From IMG/VR virus record IMGVR_UViG_3300022879_000001: DNA of 64,000 nt; one strand, written 5' to 3'. A model generated the notes under the pieces. The model ran no database searches. It was given only the letters and a program-made list of their open reading frames with translations, and was not told the DNA's origin. This DNA comes from an uncultured virus (IMG/VR IMGVR_UViG_3300022879_000001) (taxonomy: Duplodnaviria > Heunggongvirae > Uroviricota > Caudoviricetes). Of the stretch, positions 11,007-20,981 are shown one piece after another (positions within the stretch are counted from its first letter, which is position 1; each line of letters starts with the position of its first letter). The position numbers were made by a program, and so were the translations under genes.

Positions 11007-11453
11007 GTGAGCTATGAAATGCAAATTAAATTGGATAAGGAAACAATGGAGAACATTCAGAATGAAATTATAACTAATAATCCTTTTGATTTTGAAGGAT
11101 GCTTCTGTGGCACTGCTAATTTTTCAATTGGTACTATCAATGATACAGAATTATTTCTATATGTTGATACCAGTTGTCGAAAGAGTATGGGGTGCGACAA
11201 TGGTTATTACAGCGTTTCTGGATTCACTTTTTCTAAGAAAGTAAACGCAAAAGAAACCAAGAAGTATTTAGATTGGCAAGAAAGCGATGACGAGTATAGT
11301 GAGAAACTAGAAAATTTTTATTTGTTAGATGATGAAACAGTTCTTAAATGCTGTTTTAGACATTATAAATTAAATGGTAAGCAGGAAAAGAAAATCAAAA
11401 AATGGATTAATGACTTATACATAAAAATGTATGGTTATGATCCATTAAAATAA
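11007..11453 (+). CDS. Hypothetical protein
   Basis: AGGAGG RBS, 148 aa. Confidence 0.7.
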   Translation: MSYEMQIKLDKETMENIQNEIITNNPFDFEGCFCGTANFSIGTINDTELFLYVDTSCRKSMGCDNGYYSVSGFTFSKKVNAKETKKYLDWQESDDEYSEKLENFYLLDDETVLKCCFRHYKLNGKQEKKIKKWINDLYIKMYGYDPLK

Positions 11454-11459
11454 ATTAAT

Positions 11460-11510
11460 TAATAAAATACATAAAAAATACTTGAAATTAGTTGGTTGGT
11501 AGATTAAGAT
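11460..11510 (+). promoter_or_regulatory. SigA promoter with conserved upstream element (copy 2)
   Basis: TAATAAAATACATAAAAAATAC-TTGAAA-17bp-TAAGAT. Confidence 0.65.
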
Positions 11511-11626
11511 ATATTTATCAAAGAAAACAAATAAATGAAAGTTATAACATTCTCATTGTAAATAAATAGTTGTTATGTAGCAAATGTCGGTGATTAGTTA
11601 ATAAAATACATAATAATGAAACGGAG

Positions 11627-11827
11627 ATGTTTATAATGTTTGAAGAGATAAAGCAGATAAGTAACGATTCCATATTAGATGACAAACTAAGACAAGCCAT
11701 GATCAAGCAGATGGAAATAGGTTATCAGCAAATGTATGAAATCAATCTTCAAATAGCAAACGAATGGTACGATGTTGAAAATGAAGCTGAAGCGATAAAC
11801 GATCAGATTGTGAAAGGGGAATGGTGA
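11627..11827 (+). CDS. MazE/NdoAI antitoxin C-terminal mimic (probable anti-MazF)
   Basis: MEIGYQQMYEINLQIANEWYDVENEA aligns with the B. subtilis NdoAI segment MRRGYMEMAKINLNISSEAHFAECEA (recalled); no RHH domain. Confidence 0.7.
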   Translation: MFIMFEEIKQISNDSILDDKLRQAMIKQMEIGYQQMYEINLQIANEWYDVENEAEAINDQIVKGEW

Positions 11828-11829
11828 TC

Positions 11830-12278
11830 TTGATTAAAATTATACAAGGTGACATTTTACAAAGTGATAAAGATGTCATCGGGCATCACGTTTAGGTGTT
11901 ATGGGTGCAGGAGTTGCTAAACAAATCAAGGACAAGTACTATGAGACATTTTTGGAATATAAAAAGATGTGTGATAGTCATAAAGAAAGTAGAGAGGAGT
12001 TAATGGGTCATGTACATATAGCTCATAACTCTGACGGAAAGATAGTTGCTAACATTTTTAGTCAACTGGATGTAGGTAGAAATGAGCGTAAAACAGACTA
12101 TAAAAAACTTAAAATAGGTCTGAAAAAGGTATGTAAGTACGCAAAAGAAAATAATCTTTCAGTTGCTTTACCATACAAAATTGGTTGTGGTTTAGCAGGT
12201 GGTAATTGGAACATTGTTTATAAAATCATTGATTCCGTATTTGAGGATTATGAAGTAACGATGTACGAGTTTAAATAA
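11830..12278 (+). pseudogene. Macrodomain (TARG1/DarG-like ADP-ribose hydrolase), frameshifted
   Basis: TTG 11830 MIKIIQGDIL..DVIGH, then a frame change to LGVMGAGVAKQIK...PYKIGCGLAGGNW; conserved NC residues missing. Confidence 0.75.
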
Positions 12279-12324
12279 TAAATAGGATGTTTTTATATAA
12301 ATAATTAAAGTGAGGTGAACTGAG

Positions 12325-12582
12325 ATGTCGAAACATTGGTTAGAAGAAGTTAATTACAACAAAAATAAATCACAGCAATTCGTCATAACATATAAAGATA
12401 ATGGTACACTTAAATCCTTATCTAAGTTTGGTTCAATTACATACAAATCACCAGTTATAAATGTATTATTCATAGATACTGAATACAGCAAAGAACGATT
12501 GTTGAAAATAGACGGTGTAATGAGTGCAACTGTACCAAAGAAAGGTAGATTGCTAAATAATAAAGAGAAAAGTACATATTAG
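12325..12582 (+). CDS. Hypothetical protein
   Basis: GAGGTG RBS, 85 aa. Confidence 0.65.
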   Translation: MSKHWLEEVNYNKNKSQQFVITYKDNGTLKSLSKFGSITYKSPVINVLFIDTEYSKERLLKIDGVMSATVPKKGRLLNNKEKSTY

Positions 12583-12593
12583 AGGATAATTGA

Positions 12594-13220
12594 ATGGAAA
12601 AATTAACGAATGAGGAATTAGTGGAGTTATATCAAAGCGATAATAACGAATTTGCATTTGAAGAGTTGTATAAGAAGAATAAAGGACTTATATACAATGT
12701 ATGCTTAAGATTTAAGAACACAGCAATTATTACCAAAGAAGATATAAAAAGTGCTTGCGATTTAGGATTTGTAAGAGCAGCTAAGTCTTATAGTAATGAT
12801 AACAATTGTAAATTTTCTTCTTATTGTCATGTTGTAATGGTCAATGAAGTAAATACAAACATTAATACTGCTCGTAGACAAAAGAGAGATAGTTCAAATC
12901 ATTTATTTTATTGCTTAGATGAAAAGGTAAATGAAGAGGAAGGTAGTAAGCTAGTTGACATACTGAATACTTCAGATAATGATGTTTTACATAAGAGCGA
13001 CTATACATACTTACATAATGCGATTGAATACGCAAAAACATCGATAAATGAAAAATACCATCAATACTTATTACCACTAATGTTTAGAGAAACAACTACA
13101 AACGAAGTAGCTCTGATCATTGGAGTAAGTCCAAGGACAGTGCATTATACAACTACTATGTTTAGAGAGCATGTACGAGAATACATATACCATTACTCAG
13201 AAGGCGAAATAGTTTCATAA
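12594..13220 (+). CDS. Phage-encoded sigma-70 family sigma factor
   Basis: LTNEELV..YQ...AFEELYKKN.GLI, EDIKS...LGFVRAAKSY...KFSSY region 2; C-terminal HTH EVALIIGVSPRTV. Confidence 0.85.
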   Translation: MEKLTNEELVELYQSDNNEFAFEELYKKNKGLIYNVCLRFKNTAIITKEDIKSACDLGFVRAAKSYSNDNNCKFSSYCHVVMVNEVNTNINTARRQKRDSSNHLFYCLDEKVNEEEGSKLVDILNTSDNDVLHKSDYTYLHNAIEYAKTSINEKYHQYLLPLMFRETTTNEVALIIGVSPRTVHYTTTMFREHVREYIYHYSEGEIVS

Positions 13221-13485
13221 TAACGGAGATGATTAATTTGAAAGTAAATGTTGTTTATAAAGTACATTTAGATAAGAGAAATAGAATTGGTGAATTTTAT
13301 AAAGAGATAGCAAAGGTGTGCAGCAAGGATGAAAATGAATATTTGCAAGTAGCTTTACATAGAAAGAAAAATACAGAATCACATATTAGCTACATTTTAG
13401 GTCATTTAAAAGAGAGTGAATTAAGTAAGTACATAATCTTATAAAAGAATGATTTTATTAAATGAAAAATAAAAAAAGGATGAAA

Positions 13486-13647
13486 TCATCCTTTAGGTTT
13501 AGTATCAGTATTCTTATTGACTTGTTCTAAAGCTTCTATATACTTTTTAGCAGTTTCAAGCTCATCATGGGAGATACTGTTTATAAGGTTTTTCAAAGCA
13601 ATATGCTCATCTAAATTAACTACTTTGGGATTTTGATTTTCAGACAT
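13486..13647 (-). CDS. 53-aa protein antisense to the surrounding array
   Basis: AAGGA RBS; MSENQNPKVVNLDEHIALKNL...; ends in hairpin AAAGGATGA-AA-TCATCCTTT. Confidence 0.6.
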   Translation of the reverse strand: MSENQNPKVVNLDEHIALKNLINSISHDELETAKKYIEALEQVNKNTDTKPKG

Positions 13648-13736
13648 ATACGATCAATCCTTTACAACTTATATAGTGATTATATTAGCACTTTGTTTTA
13701 GTTTGTTTCAAATAAAATGATTATGGAGGAACAGGG

Positions 13737-15024
13737 ATGGAAGAGTTGCGTTATAAGCCAAGTGAAGTTCAAAAATTAATCTTTAAAGATAAAGAAAATG
13801 TTTCAAACTATATTAATGTATCAATTGAAGAAATGGATTATATGATGGAATTAGCAATCAAATATCAGCAACTACATGAGACATGGTTCAAAGGAATCGA
13901 AAATGAAGAACCGACTATTTTATTCTTACGTAAATGCAAAGAAGTAATTGAAGAAGTAAAGCCTGAGTATAGAAAAACAATGACCTGATATTTAATAAAT
14001 AAGTATTATTGAAGGGATGTTGAGGATGAGTAAATTAGAAATAATCAAGAAGCAATGGACTGAATACGAGACAGAATTTGGCGAGAGTGATTTTATGGAT
14101 ATTGATAAACATACTAGCATGGCATTTAATGTACCAGTATTATTAAACAAATTAGATAAAATTCATAAAGATTTACTTCAGATGAAGAAAGACAGTAATT
14201 GTAAATATGTTGATATTGACTATATGTTAAATGCTATTGAAAATGAAAAATAGTAAGGAGAGATTTTAATGAACGATAAAGAAATAGAAATGACATTACC
14301 AAATGGTTACACTGTTGCAATTTTCGAATATGAAGGAAATATTGTATTAAATTTGATTAATGATAGAGGCTATTCAGTTTCAGATACAAAATTACATAAA
14401 TCAGAAATAGCGAAAATACATGAAATAACTGCTATTAAATAATAATTCACTTTTATGAAAGAGGTGTTAAGTTTGTGAAAAAGGAAGCATTTATTATAGT
14501 AGATGTTAATGAAAAGTATTACTGTGAAGAATTTATAGATGGTAATGGAGATCTCCATTGTAAGACAGATGATATTGATTTAGCTTTACATTTTGAAAGC
14601 CGTGAAGATGTTGAAGAATATTTAAAATATATTGCTTATCATGATTTCTTAAAGGAGCATAATCCTGAAAAAATTATTAAGGTTTTAATCGAATATCAAA
14701 TATCAGAAGAGTACCAGATTTAATAATAGTACGATATCATTTAAAGGATGTGAGATAAATATGGATAACCTAAGCTTAACTAACAAACCCTCAAGACCAG
14801 TCAAACCTAAGAAAGTGCCGAAAGGAACTAAAATTATTGCACTAGATGAAAATAAAATACTTATTAGCGAAGGAGATTGGCATCCAGAAGCAAGTACAAT
14901 AATAGATTTTAGTGCAAGATATGTTGATAGAGCAGGAATTGATCGATGTGGAAATGAACTTTTCGGTAATCGTGGATTTAAATATAAGGATTATGGTGTT
15001 AAATGGAATTTCTACAATGAATGA
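13737..15024 (+). other. Array of small hypothetical ORFs (13737-13988, 14017-14253, 14269-14442, 14475-14723, 14761-15024)
   Basis: Co-oriented short ORFs with RBS. Confidence 0.7.
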
Positions 15025-15090
15025 AGTTAATAAAATACACGTATTATTTAATCAATGATAACAAAAATACATAAAAAGGAATGATGTATA

Positions 15091-16215
15091 GTGCAATTCA
15101 CATTAACTGAAGAACAATACAGTGAAATTAAAAAAGATATCTTAGGAAGTCAATTCGATTTTAAATTTGAAAAGAACAAATTGAAAGCATATTTAGGAGA
15201 AGGCTTATACAACTCATTAAAGAAATCTAAAGCTATTATTGCAGGTGGAATGATCTCAAGTTTATTCACCAATAAGGATATCAATGATGTAGACGTATAT
15301 TTCCGTGATTATAATTCACTTTATTTATTTGCAGAACGAACTCTATCAGGAGATCATGTAGTCTCTCACACAAAGAAAGCTACACAATTTATTAAAAAAT
15401 ACTTAGATCAACAAATTTTAGTGCAAATTATTCATTATCGTACATATGAGAAAGTTGAAGATAAAGGATATAAAATCTCAAAAGCAGAATATTTCCGTGT
15501 TCTAATGACTTGTATGACATTGGATATTAAATCTTATGATGAGCTAAAAGAACAATTAGGTGGAATGTATGGTGAATCTTATGATCGTTTATTTGATGAT
15601 GTGAAAGATGAAGAGTTTGATTTGCAAGTAGCTATAGACCGTATTGCAAATTTCTCCAAATCAGAAGACTATTTTAAAGAATATCGTCCGATTGACTATA
15701 ACATCGATGACATCTTAGACGATTTAGATAAAGGTGAACGATTCGTTGTTAAATTAAAGGATGGTAATGAATACAGGGTTATTAATGGTGAAGTAATTGG
15801 AGAATATGCATCAGAAAAAGAAGCAACTGAACTTGATGTTCAAGAGTTTTATAAAGATAAGAAATTCTATAAGTTTGTTCAAAAATCAGGAGAATCATTA
15901 CAAAGTTTCTTCCGTTCCACATTTAAATATGTAGTTGGAGAAGAAGTAACTGCTGAAAAAGAATACCCTAATAATTCATACGGTGCTCACGGCAAATTAT
16001 TCTTCAATCATAAATACGAATTAAAGAGTTCAACATATTTTAGCAACACTGATAAGGTATTAATTGAAGTTGAAATTGACGGAACAAATGTAATTGAAGA
16101 TAGTTCGAATGAAATCACTGCTAGTAAATGCAAGGTTGTTCGAGAAGTACCAGAAGCAGAATGGAAAGAGTGGATCGGATTTAAGGATGAAGAAGAAAAA
16201 TTTATCTTATTCTAA
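15091..16215 (+). CDS. Nucleotidyltransferase-fold protein
   Basis: IIAGGMISSLF...INDVDVYF (GG...DxD) motif. Confidence 0.65.
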   Translation: MQFTLTEEQYSEIKKDILGSQFDFKFEKNKLKAYLGEGLYNSLKKSKAIIAGGMISSLFTNKDINDVDVYFRDYNSLYLFAERTLSGDHVVSHTKKATQFIKKYLDQQILVQIIHYRTYEKVEDKGYKISKAEYFRVLMTCMTLDIKSYDELKEQLGGMYGESYDRLFDDVKDEEFDLQVAIDRIANFSKSEDYFKEYRPIDYNIDDILDDLDKGERFVVKLKDGNEYRVINGEVIGEYASEKEATELDVQEFYKDKKFYKFVQKSGESLQSFFRSTFKYVVGEEVTAEKEYPNNSYGAHGKLFFNHKYELKSSTYFSNTDKVLIEVEIDGTNVIEDSSNEITASKCKVVREVPEAEWKEWIGFKDEEEKFILF

Positions 16216-16480
16216 TTAGATAATATTTCAGTTTTATTAAAAGATGGAGAAAATGGAGGAATTATGATGAAAGTTAAAAAATTAATTAAACACAGTGCGG
16301 ACAACGAAACGTTTGAGATTTATAAAAACGAAACCCTTATGACTAAAGGATATGGTTTTGAAGAAAATGTTCAAAAATTCAAGAATAGAGAAATTTACTT
16401 CTTTCATTCATCAGATAGACATTCACTAATAGTTAACATTAAGTAAAAATCACATTTTATAAAAATTGGAGGAAAGTATT

Positions 16481-17062
16481 ATGACCACATGGTTTATCGC
16501 AGATACACATTTTCGTCACAAAAATGTATTAGAGTTTGAAAATCGTCCATTTGAATCGTTAGAGGAAATGGAAGAAAAGATGATTAAAGCGTGGAATGAT
16601 GCTGTTGCTAAAACAGATACAGTTTATATTGTAGGAGATTTCTGTTTCGCTAATAACAAAGAATGGATTGAAATTTTAGATCAATTGAAAGGTAACATTA
16701 TCTTAGTTAAAGGTAATCATGATAAGTCTAAAATCATTAAACGAGTACAAAATGAAGGTTATTTAAATGAGATTTATGAGGTAGGAAAGTTAATTCAGCA
16801 TGAGAAATTATTCTTTTATGTAACGCATTTCCCTTTTGAAATCGGGGAGCGTCCACAATACTTTAATATTTCTGGACATATTCATTCTAAAGAAAGTAAT
16901 TTAATTAATCAGTTGAATGTAGGTGTAGATTCTAAATTAATGCATGATTATTATCTCATTTCAGATGTACCATTTGGAACTCCAGTTCCATTTGAATATT
17001 TAATTGGATATGCTGAAACAGTAAATTTAGAGATGCGAGAAAAATATGTTCGAGGTCAATAA
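16481..17062 (+). CDS. Calcineurin-like metallophosphoesterase
   Basis: DTH, GD, GNHD, THFP and GHIH motifs. Confidence 0.9.
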   Translation: MTTWFIADTHFRHKNVLEFENRPFESLEEMEEKMIKAWNDAVAKTDTVYIVGDFCFANNKEWIEILDQLKGNIILVKGNHDKSKIIKRVQNEGYLNEIYEVGKLIQHEKLFFYVTHFPFEIGERPQYFNISGHIHSKESNLINQLNVGVDSKLMHDYYLISDVPFGTPVPFEYLIGYAETVNLEMREKYVRGQ

Positions 17063-17081
17063 ATTATAAAAAGGTGGTAAT

Positions 17082-17996
17082 TTGACAATGCATACTGTAA
17101 GTAAAGAAATAGGATTAGCCTTGGATGCTGCTATTAAAGAATTTACATTACATGGAGTTTTAGATGTTGTACCAAAGAATTTCGATAAATGGAGTAATGA
17201 CTGTGAACCATTAAATGATATCAGCGTATACCAATTAGCATCATTTATCATTGAAGGATATAGTTATCCAAAATCAACAGAAGAAACTTTAGAAATTTTT
17301 GTTAATTGGTTAAATAATTATAGCACTGACATTCCTTTACAAACAAAAAATAGTAGTTATCGTAAAGGACGTAGAGAAGTATTAAATAACATTGAAATAA
17401 AATTAAATGAATTAGGTTTATTAGGAGGAAAATAAATGTATAAATTTTATAACGATTTAAAAGATTTTATTCTTAAACAAGATCAAGAAGTTAAAAATAT
17501 TCTTATCCAGTACTATGAAACGTTATTTCAATTGGAAAGTTTTCAAGAAATAAAAGAGTTGCTAACACAATATGAAAATGGCAGTTATATCATTGATTAT
17601 AATGAACCTGATGATCATGATTACTCTTCTAATGGATGGTTTGAAATTTACAATATGTCTAATTCAACTTCATATAATATTGAATTAGACATCGGTGATA
17701 TGCGAGGAAGTTACTGTCAATGCACACCTGATGACGCTGGTTACAATTCTGATAAAAATTGCTGCGGAGTACAGTGTGATGCTCATTTACCAGGAGTATC
17801 GATTATTAAAACATCAAAGGTTATTAGTTATGAGTTCCAAGGACATGAATGTGATCTGTGGAAATTAGAAAAGAAGTGGTTGACTGACTTTGAGAAAGAA
17901 TCATTACATAAGAAAAAGGCTGAAAAGGTAATTAGTTTAGAAGCACAAATCGAGCAATTACAAAAAGAATTAAACGTAGTAAAATCACAGTTATAA
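17082..17996 (+). other. Two hypothetical ORFs (17082-17435, 17436-17996)
   Basis: ORF track, RBS present. Confidence 0.65.
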
Positions 17997-18004
17997 AAAT
18001 TAAA

Positions 18005-18053
18005 TAATAAAATACATAAAATTACTTGCAATATAAGAATAAGGTGCTATAAT
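18005..18053 (+). promoter_or_regulatory. SigA promoter with conserved upstream element (copy 3)
   Basis: TAATAAAATACATAAAATTAC-TTGCAA-16bp-TATAAT with TG extension. Confidence 0.7.
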
Positions 18054-18685
18054 AAATATATAAGTTAAGAAAGAGGGTGATGACAATGGTCAGTAGATTG
18101 ACTTTTACAGAAGAACAGGAGATAGAAATCTTGAATGAGCTAGATTTTATGAATGATCAAAAAGAATTTACTCGTGATAATGCTGTTTGGTGTAATAAGA
18201 CAATCAAGAAGCTGCTACTAGAATTACATTTTTTAAGAAATGATATTATTAATAAATAAAATACATAAAGGTGGTAATTACTTGAATGAAACACCGTTGC
18301 AAGAAAATGAAATTCAATTAACTTCTGAGTATAGGATTACAGGGGATAAGATGAATATTATCCTCACGGAGCGTTACCAGAAACAGGACGGTAAAGGTCG
18401 AGGTAAGGGGTTGTTAGATGAATATACTTATGGTAGACCTAAGTATTATGGTACATTAAATGCATTAGTTGATTCATTGATTAAAAATGAAGTAATTGAT
18501 TCACTTGGTAAGATAAAAGAATTACAAGAAATAATCCCTCGTATTGAAACAATTAGAAACGAGATTAAAGAATACATAAATGAACAAGTAACAATTGTAC
18601 AAGAAAGTACAAAAAGTAAGAATAATAGAAAAGTAAAAGGTATAGAAATTGCAGAAGATGATGAAGTAAATGATGGTGATGCCGA

Positions 18686-19306
18686 TTGACAATTCGCTAT
18701 GTTGGAATTGACCCATCATCAATGACAGGATTCTTTATACAAGATGAAAAAGGTAAGACTATAGTTGAAACTGATTTATTTTATACATACAGAAAAGATC
18801 CAGAAAGAATGATTTACATTGCTGAAGAAATAATTAAGAAATTAAACTTAGAAACAGACATCATTTGCATTGAAAACTTCAGTTACAATTCAGTTGGACA
18901 AGGGATCGACTATCAATTTGGGGTCGGCTGGATAATCAGAGAACATCTGCATAATGCAGGATTTAAATATTATGATGTCAGTCCGAAAAGTTTAAAGAAG
19001 TTTGCAACTGGTAACGGTAATTCGTCAAAAAAACTTATGGTTGCACCTATAGAAAAACGTTGGGGATTCAAACATCCTAGTGATAATGTTACAGATGCTT
19101 TCGTATTATCAGAAATTGCGAAAGCTATTGATAAGGGTAATGATTATGAAGGAATAAAAGATCATGAGAATCAAGTTGTGAAAATTGTTAAAAGTGGTAT
19201 TTTGAATAAAGAGCAATGGAAAGAAATTAAACCTCCTCCTTGGATGAATCCAAGAAGTAAATACTACTTCAAGCGTGAAGGATTAGACGAAGAAGTACAG
19301 GTATAA
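18686..19306 (+). CDS. RuvC-like Holliday junction resolvase
   Basis: YVGIDPS..TG, ICIE, LKKFATGNGN, DNVTDA. Confidence 0.85.
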   Translation: MTIRYVGIDPSSMTGFFIQDEKGKTIVETDLFYTYRKDPERMIYIAEEIIKKLNLETDIICIENFSYNSVGQGIDYQFGVGWIIREHLHNAGFKYYDVSPKSLKKFATGNGNSSKKLMVAPIEKRWGFKHPSDNVTDAFVLSEIAKAIDKGNDYEGIKDHENQVVKIVKSGILNKEQWKEIKPPPWMNPRSKYYFKREGLDEEVQV

Positions 19307-19551
19307 TAAATAACATTATACATAATTAAAAATAACTATCGAACCTTGAGTGATGTAAATAATTAAAATTTATACATATAAAGGTGAATTTTCTAAACAA
19401 TCGCATGTTCTCAAGTAATAAGTTTCGCCAAAGCTTATTGCATATTCTCAAAATAAAATCCTAATATTATTTAAACTTTAGTTAGGTACATTGTGATTTG
19501 TTCGATAGTTAAATGATAAAATACATAATTGAAATGGAGAGATTTATTAAT

Positions 19552-20907
19552 ATGGCTAAAAAGAACAAAGGCGAAATTAAGATTAACAAAAAACACGAAG
19601 GTAAAGAGTTTTCAAATAGTTTTCACTTTGTAGGTTTAGTTAAACCTGTACAAAAGAAAGATAAAGATACAGATAGTTGGTATGATGTTGAAATCTTTGA
19701 TACTAATAAAACTCAAACTAATAAAGACCGTCGAGTATTACAGTTTGTTGTTGAAACAGCATTTAAAAACGAACTTAAAGTTGAGTTAGCAGGAATGGAA
19801 ATGGGGAGTGCCTACGCTTATAGCTCTACTCATAAAAAAACTGTAAAGCTTGATTGGAATGATCGTTTAGATAAATCTAAATATCCAGATGAAACATATC
19901 ATTTAATTCAAACTGATTGGGACAAAGCAGAGCGTCTTGGTCAAATTGTAGAAAAAGATATGTGGGTAGAAGTAAAGGGTAAATACGAATTTAGCTCATT
20001 TACTAATGACGAAGGCAAAGAAATCAATAATGTTAAACGAATTATTGAACATGTAGTGCCACTTAAAAATGGTGAAGTTATGATTAAAGGTTTAACAGAA
20101 GGAGATACTTTCAAAGCCTACGATTCTGCTGAAGGTGGAAATTACTTAGGAATGGGCAAAGCTGATAAAGAAGGCGTAGCGACTGTTCGTGTAGGATGGT
20201 TAAATCCTGAAGGAGGAAAGTTATACATAACTAAAGTTACTGACGATGTAGAAGGAACACGATCAGAACAATCTTATAGCTCTACGGTAGTAGAAGGTGA
20301 ACGCATTACAATCAAGAATAATGTAGATAGCCAAATTGGATTACCTAAAGTTGATGGAAATCGAGGCTATAACTATGTTCCTTATGTACGAAACTTTAAG
20401 GATGAGAGCTTTACAGAAATTAATTCATTTGAAATGCAACTAGGTATCAAATCTACATATCAAGATGAGACAACACTAGATACTAAGATCAATGGAGTGT
20501 ATTTGGATTATGGTAAAGATAAATCCGTTCCACGAGATGTTGAGTTAGTAGTTTATCATAAGGAAGCTGAAGAAGGTAAGACTCCGTTTGCTACAGCATT
20601 CGGACGACTGAATCATTTAGATTTCTTAGTAGTAGAAGGTATCGACAATAATCGAGCTGAGTTCACAATGGTAGAAGTTGCAGAAAAAGAAGAGGATAAT
20701 CCATTTGAAGATGTGAGTGAGAAGGTCACAAGTTATGAACAAGCATCATCTGGTACGAAAAAAGGGTTAGAGGTATTACGTTATATTCAAGGTACATTCG
20801 CTCGTGAATTACTGACTGAAGATGAAATTACTTTAAATGTAACAAGTAATGAAGATCCGTTTTCTAAAGCACCAATTGAAGTTTCCGAAGACGACTTGCC
20901 TTTCTGA
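19552..20907 (+). CDS. Putative ssDNA-binding/replication protein (YorF-like position)
   Basis: OB-fold-like segments; acidic tail ending DDLPF; GGAG RBS before ATG 19552. Confidence 0.6.
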   Translation: MAKKNKGEIKINKKHEGKEFSNSFHFVGLVKPVQKKDKDTDSWYDVEIFDTNKTQTNKDRRVLQFVVETAFKNELKVELAGMEMGSAYAYSSTHKKTVKLDWNDRLDKSKYPDETYHLIQTDWDKAERLGQIVEKDMWVEVKGKYEFSSFTNDEGKEINNVKRIIEHVVPLKNGEVMIKGLTEGDTFKAYDSAEGGNYLGMGKADKEGVATVRVGWLNPEGGKLYITKVTDDVEGTRSEQSYSSTVVEGERITIKNNVDSQIGLPKVDGNRGYNYVPYVRNFKDESFTEINSFEMQLGIKSTYQDETTLDTKINGVYLDYGKDKSVPRDVELVVYHKEAEEGKTPFATAFGRLNHLDFLVVEGIDNNRAEFTMVEVAEKEEDNPFEDVSEKVTSYEQASSGTKKGLEVLRYIQGTFARELLTEDEITLNVTSNEDPFSKAPIEVSEDDLPF

Positions 20908-20981
20908 TTCAAAAGACCTATATAACTATTCCTTATATTAAAAACAAAAATACATAATTTGAAATGGAGAGATTTATTAAT

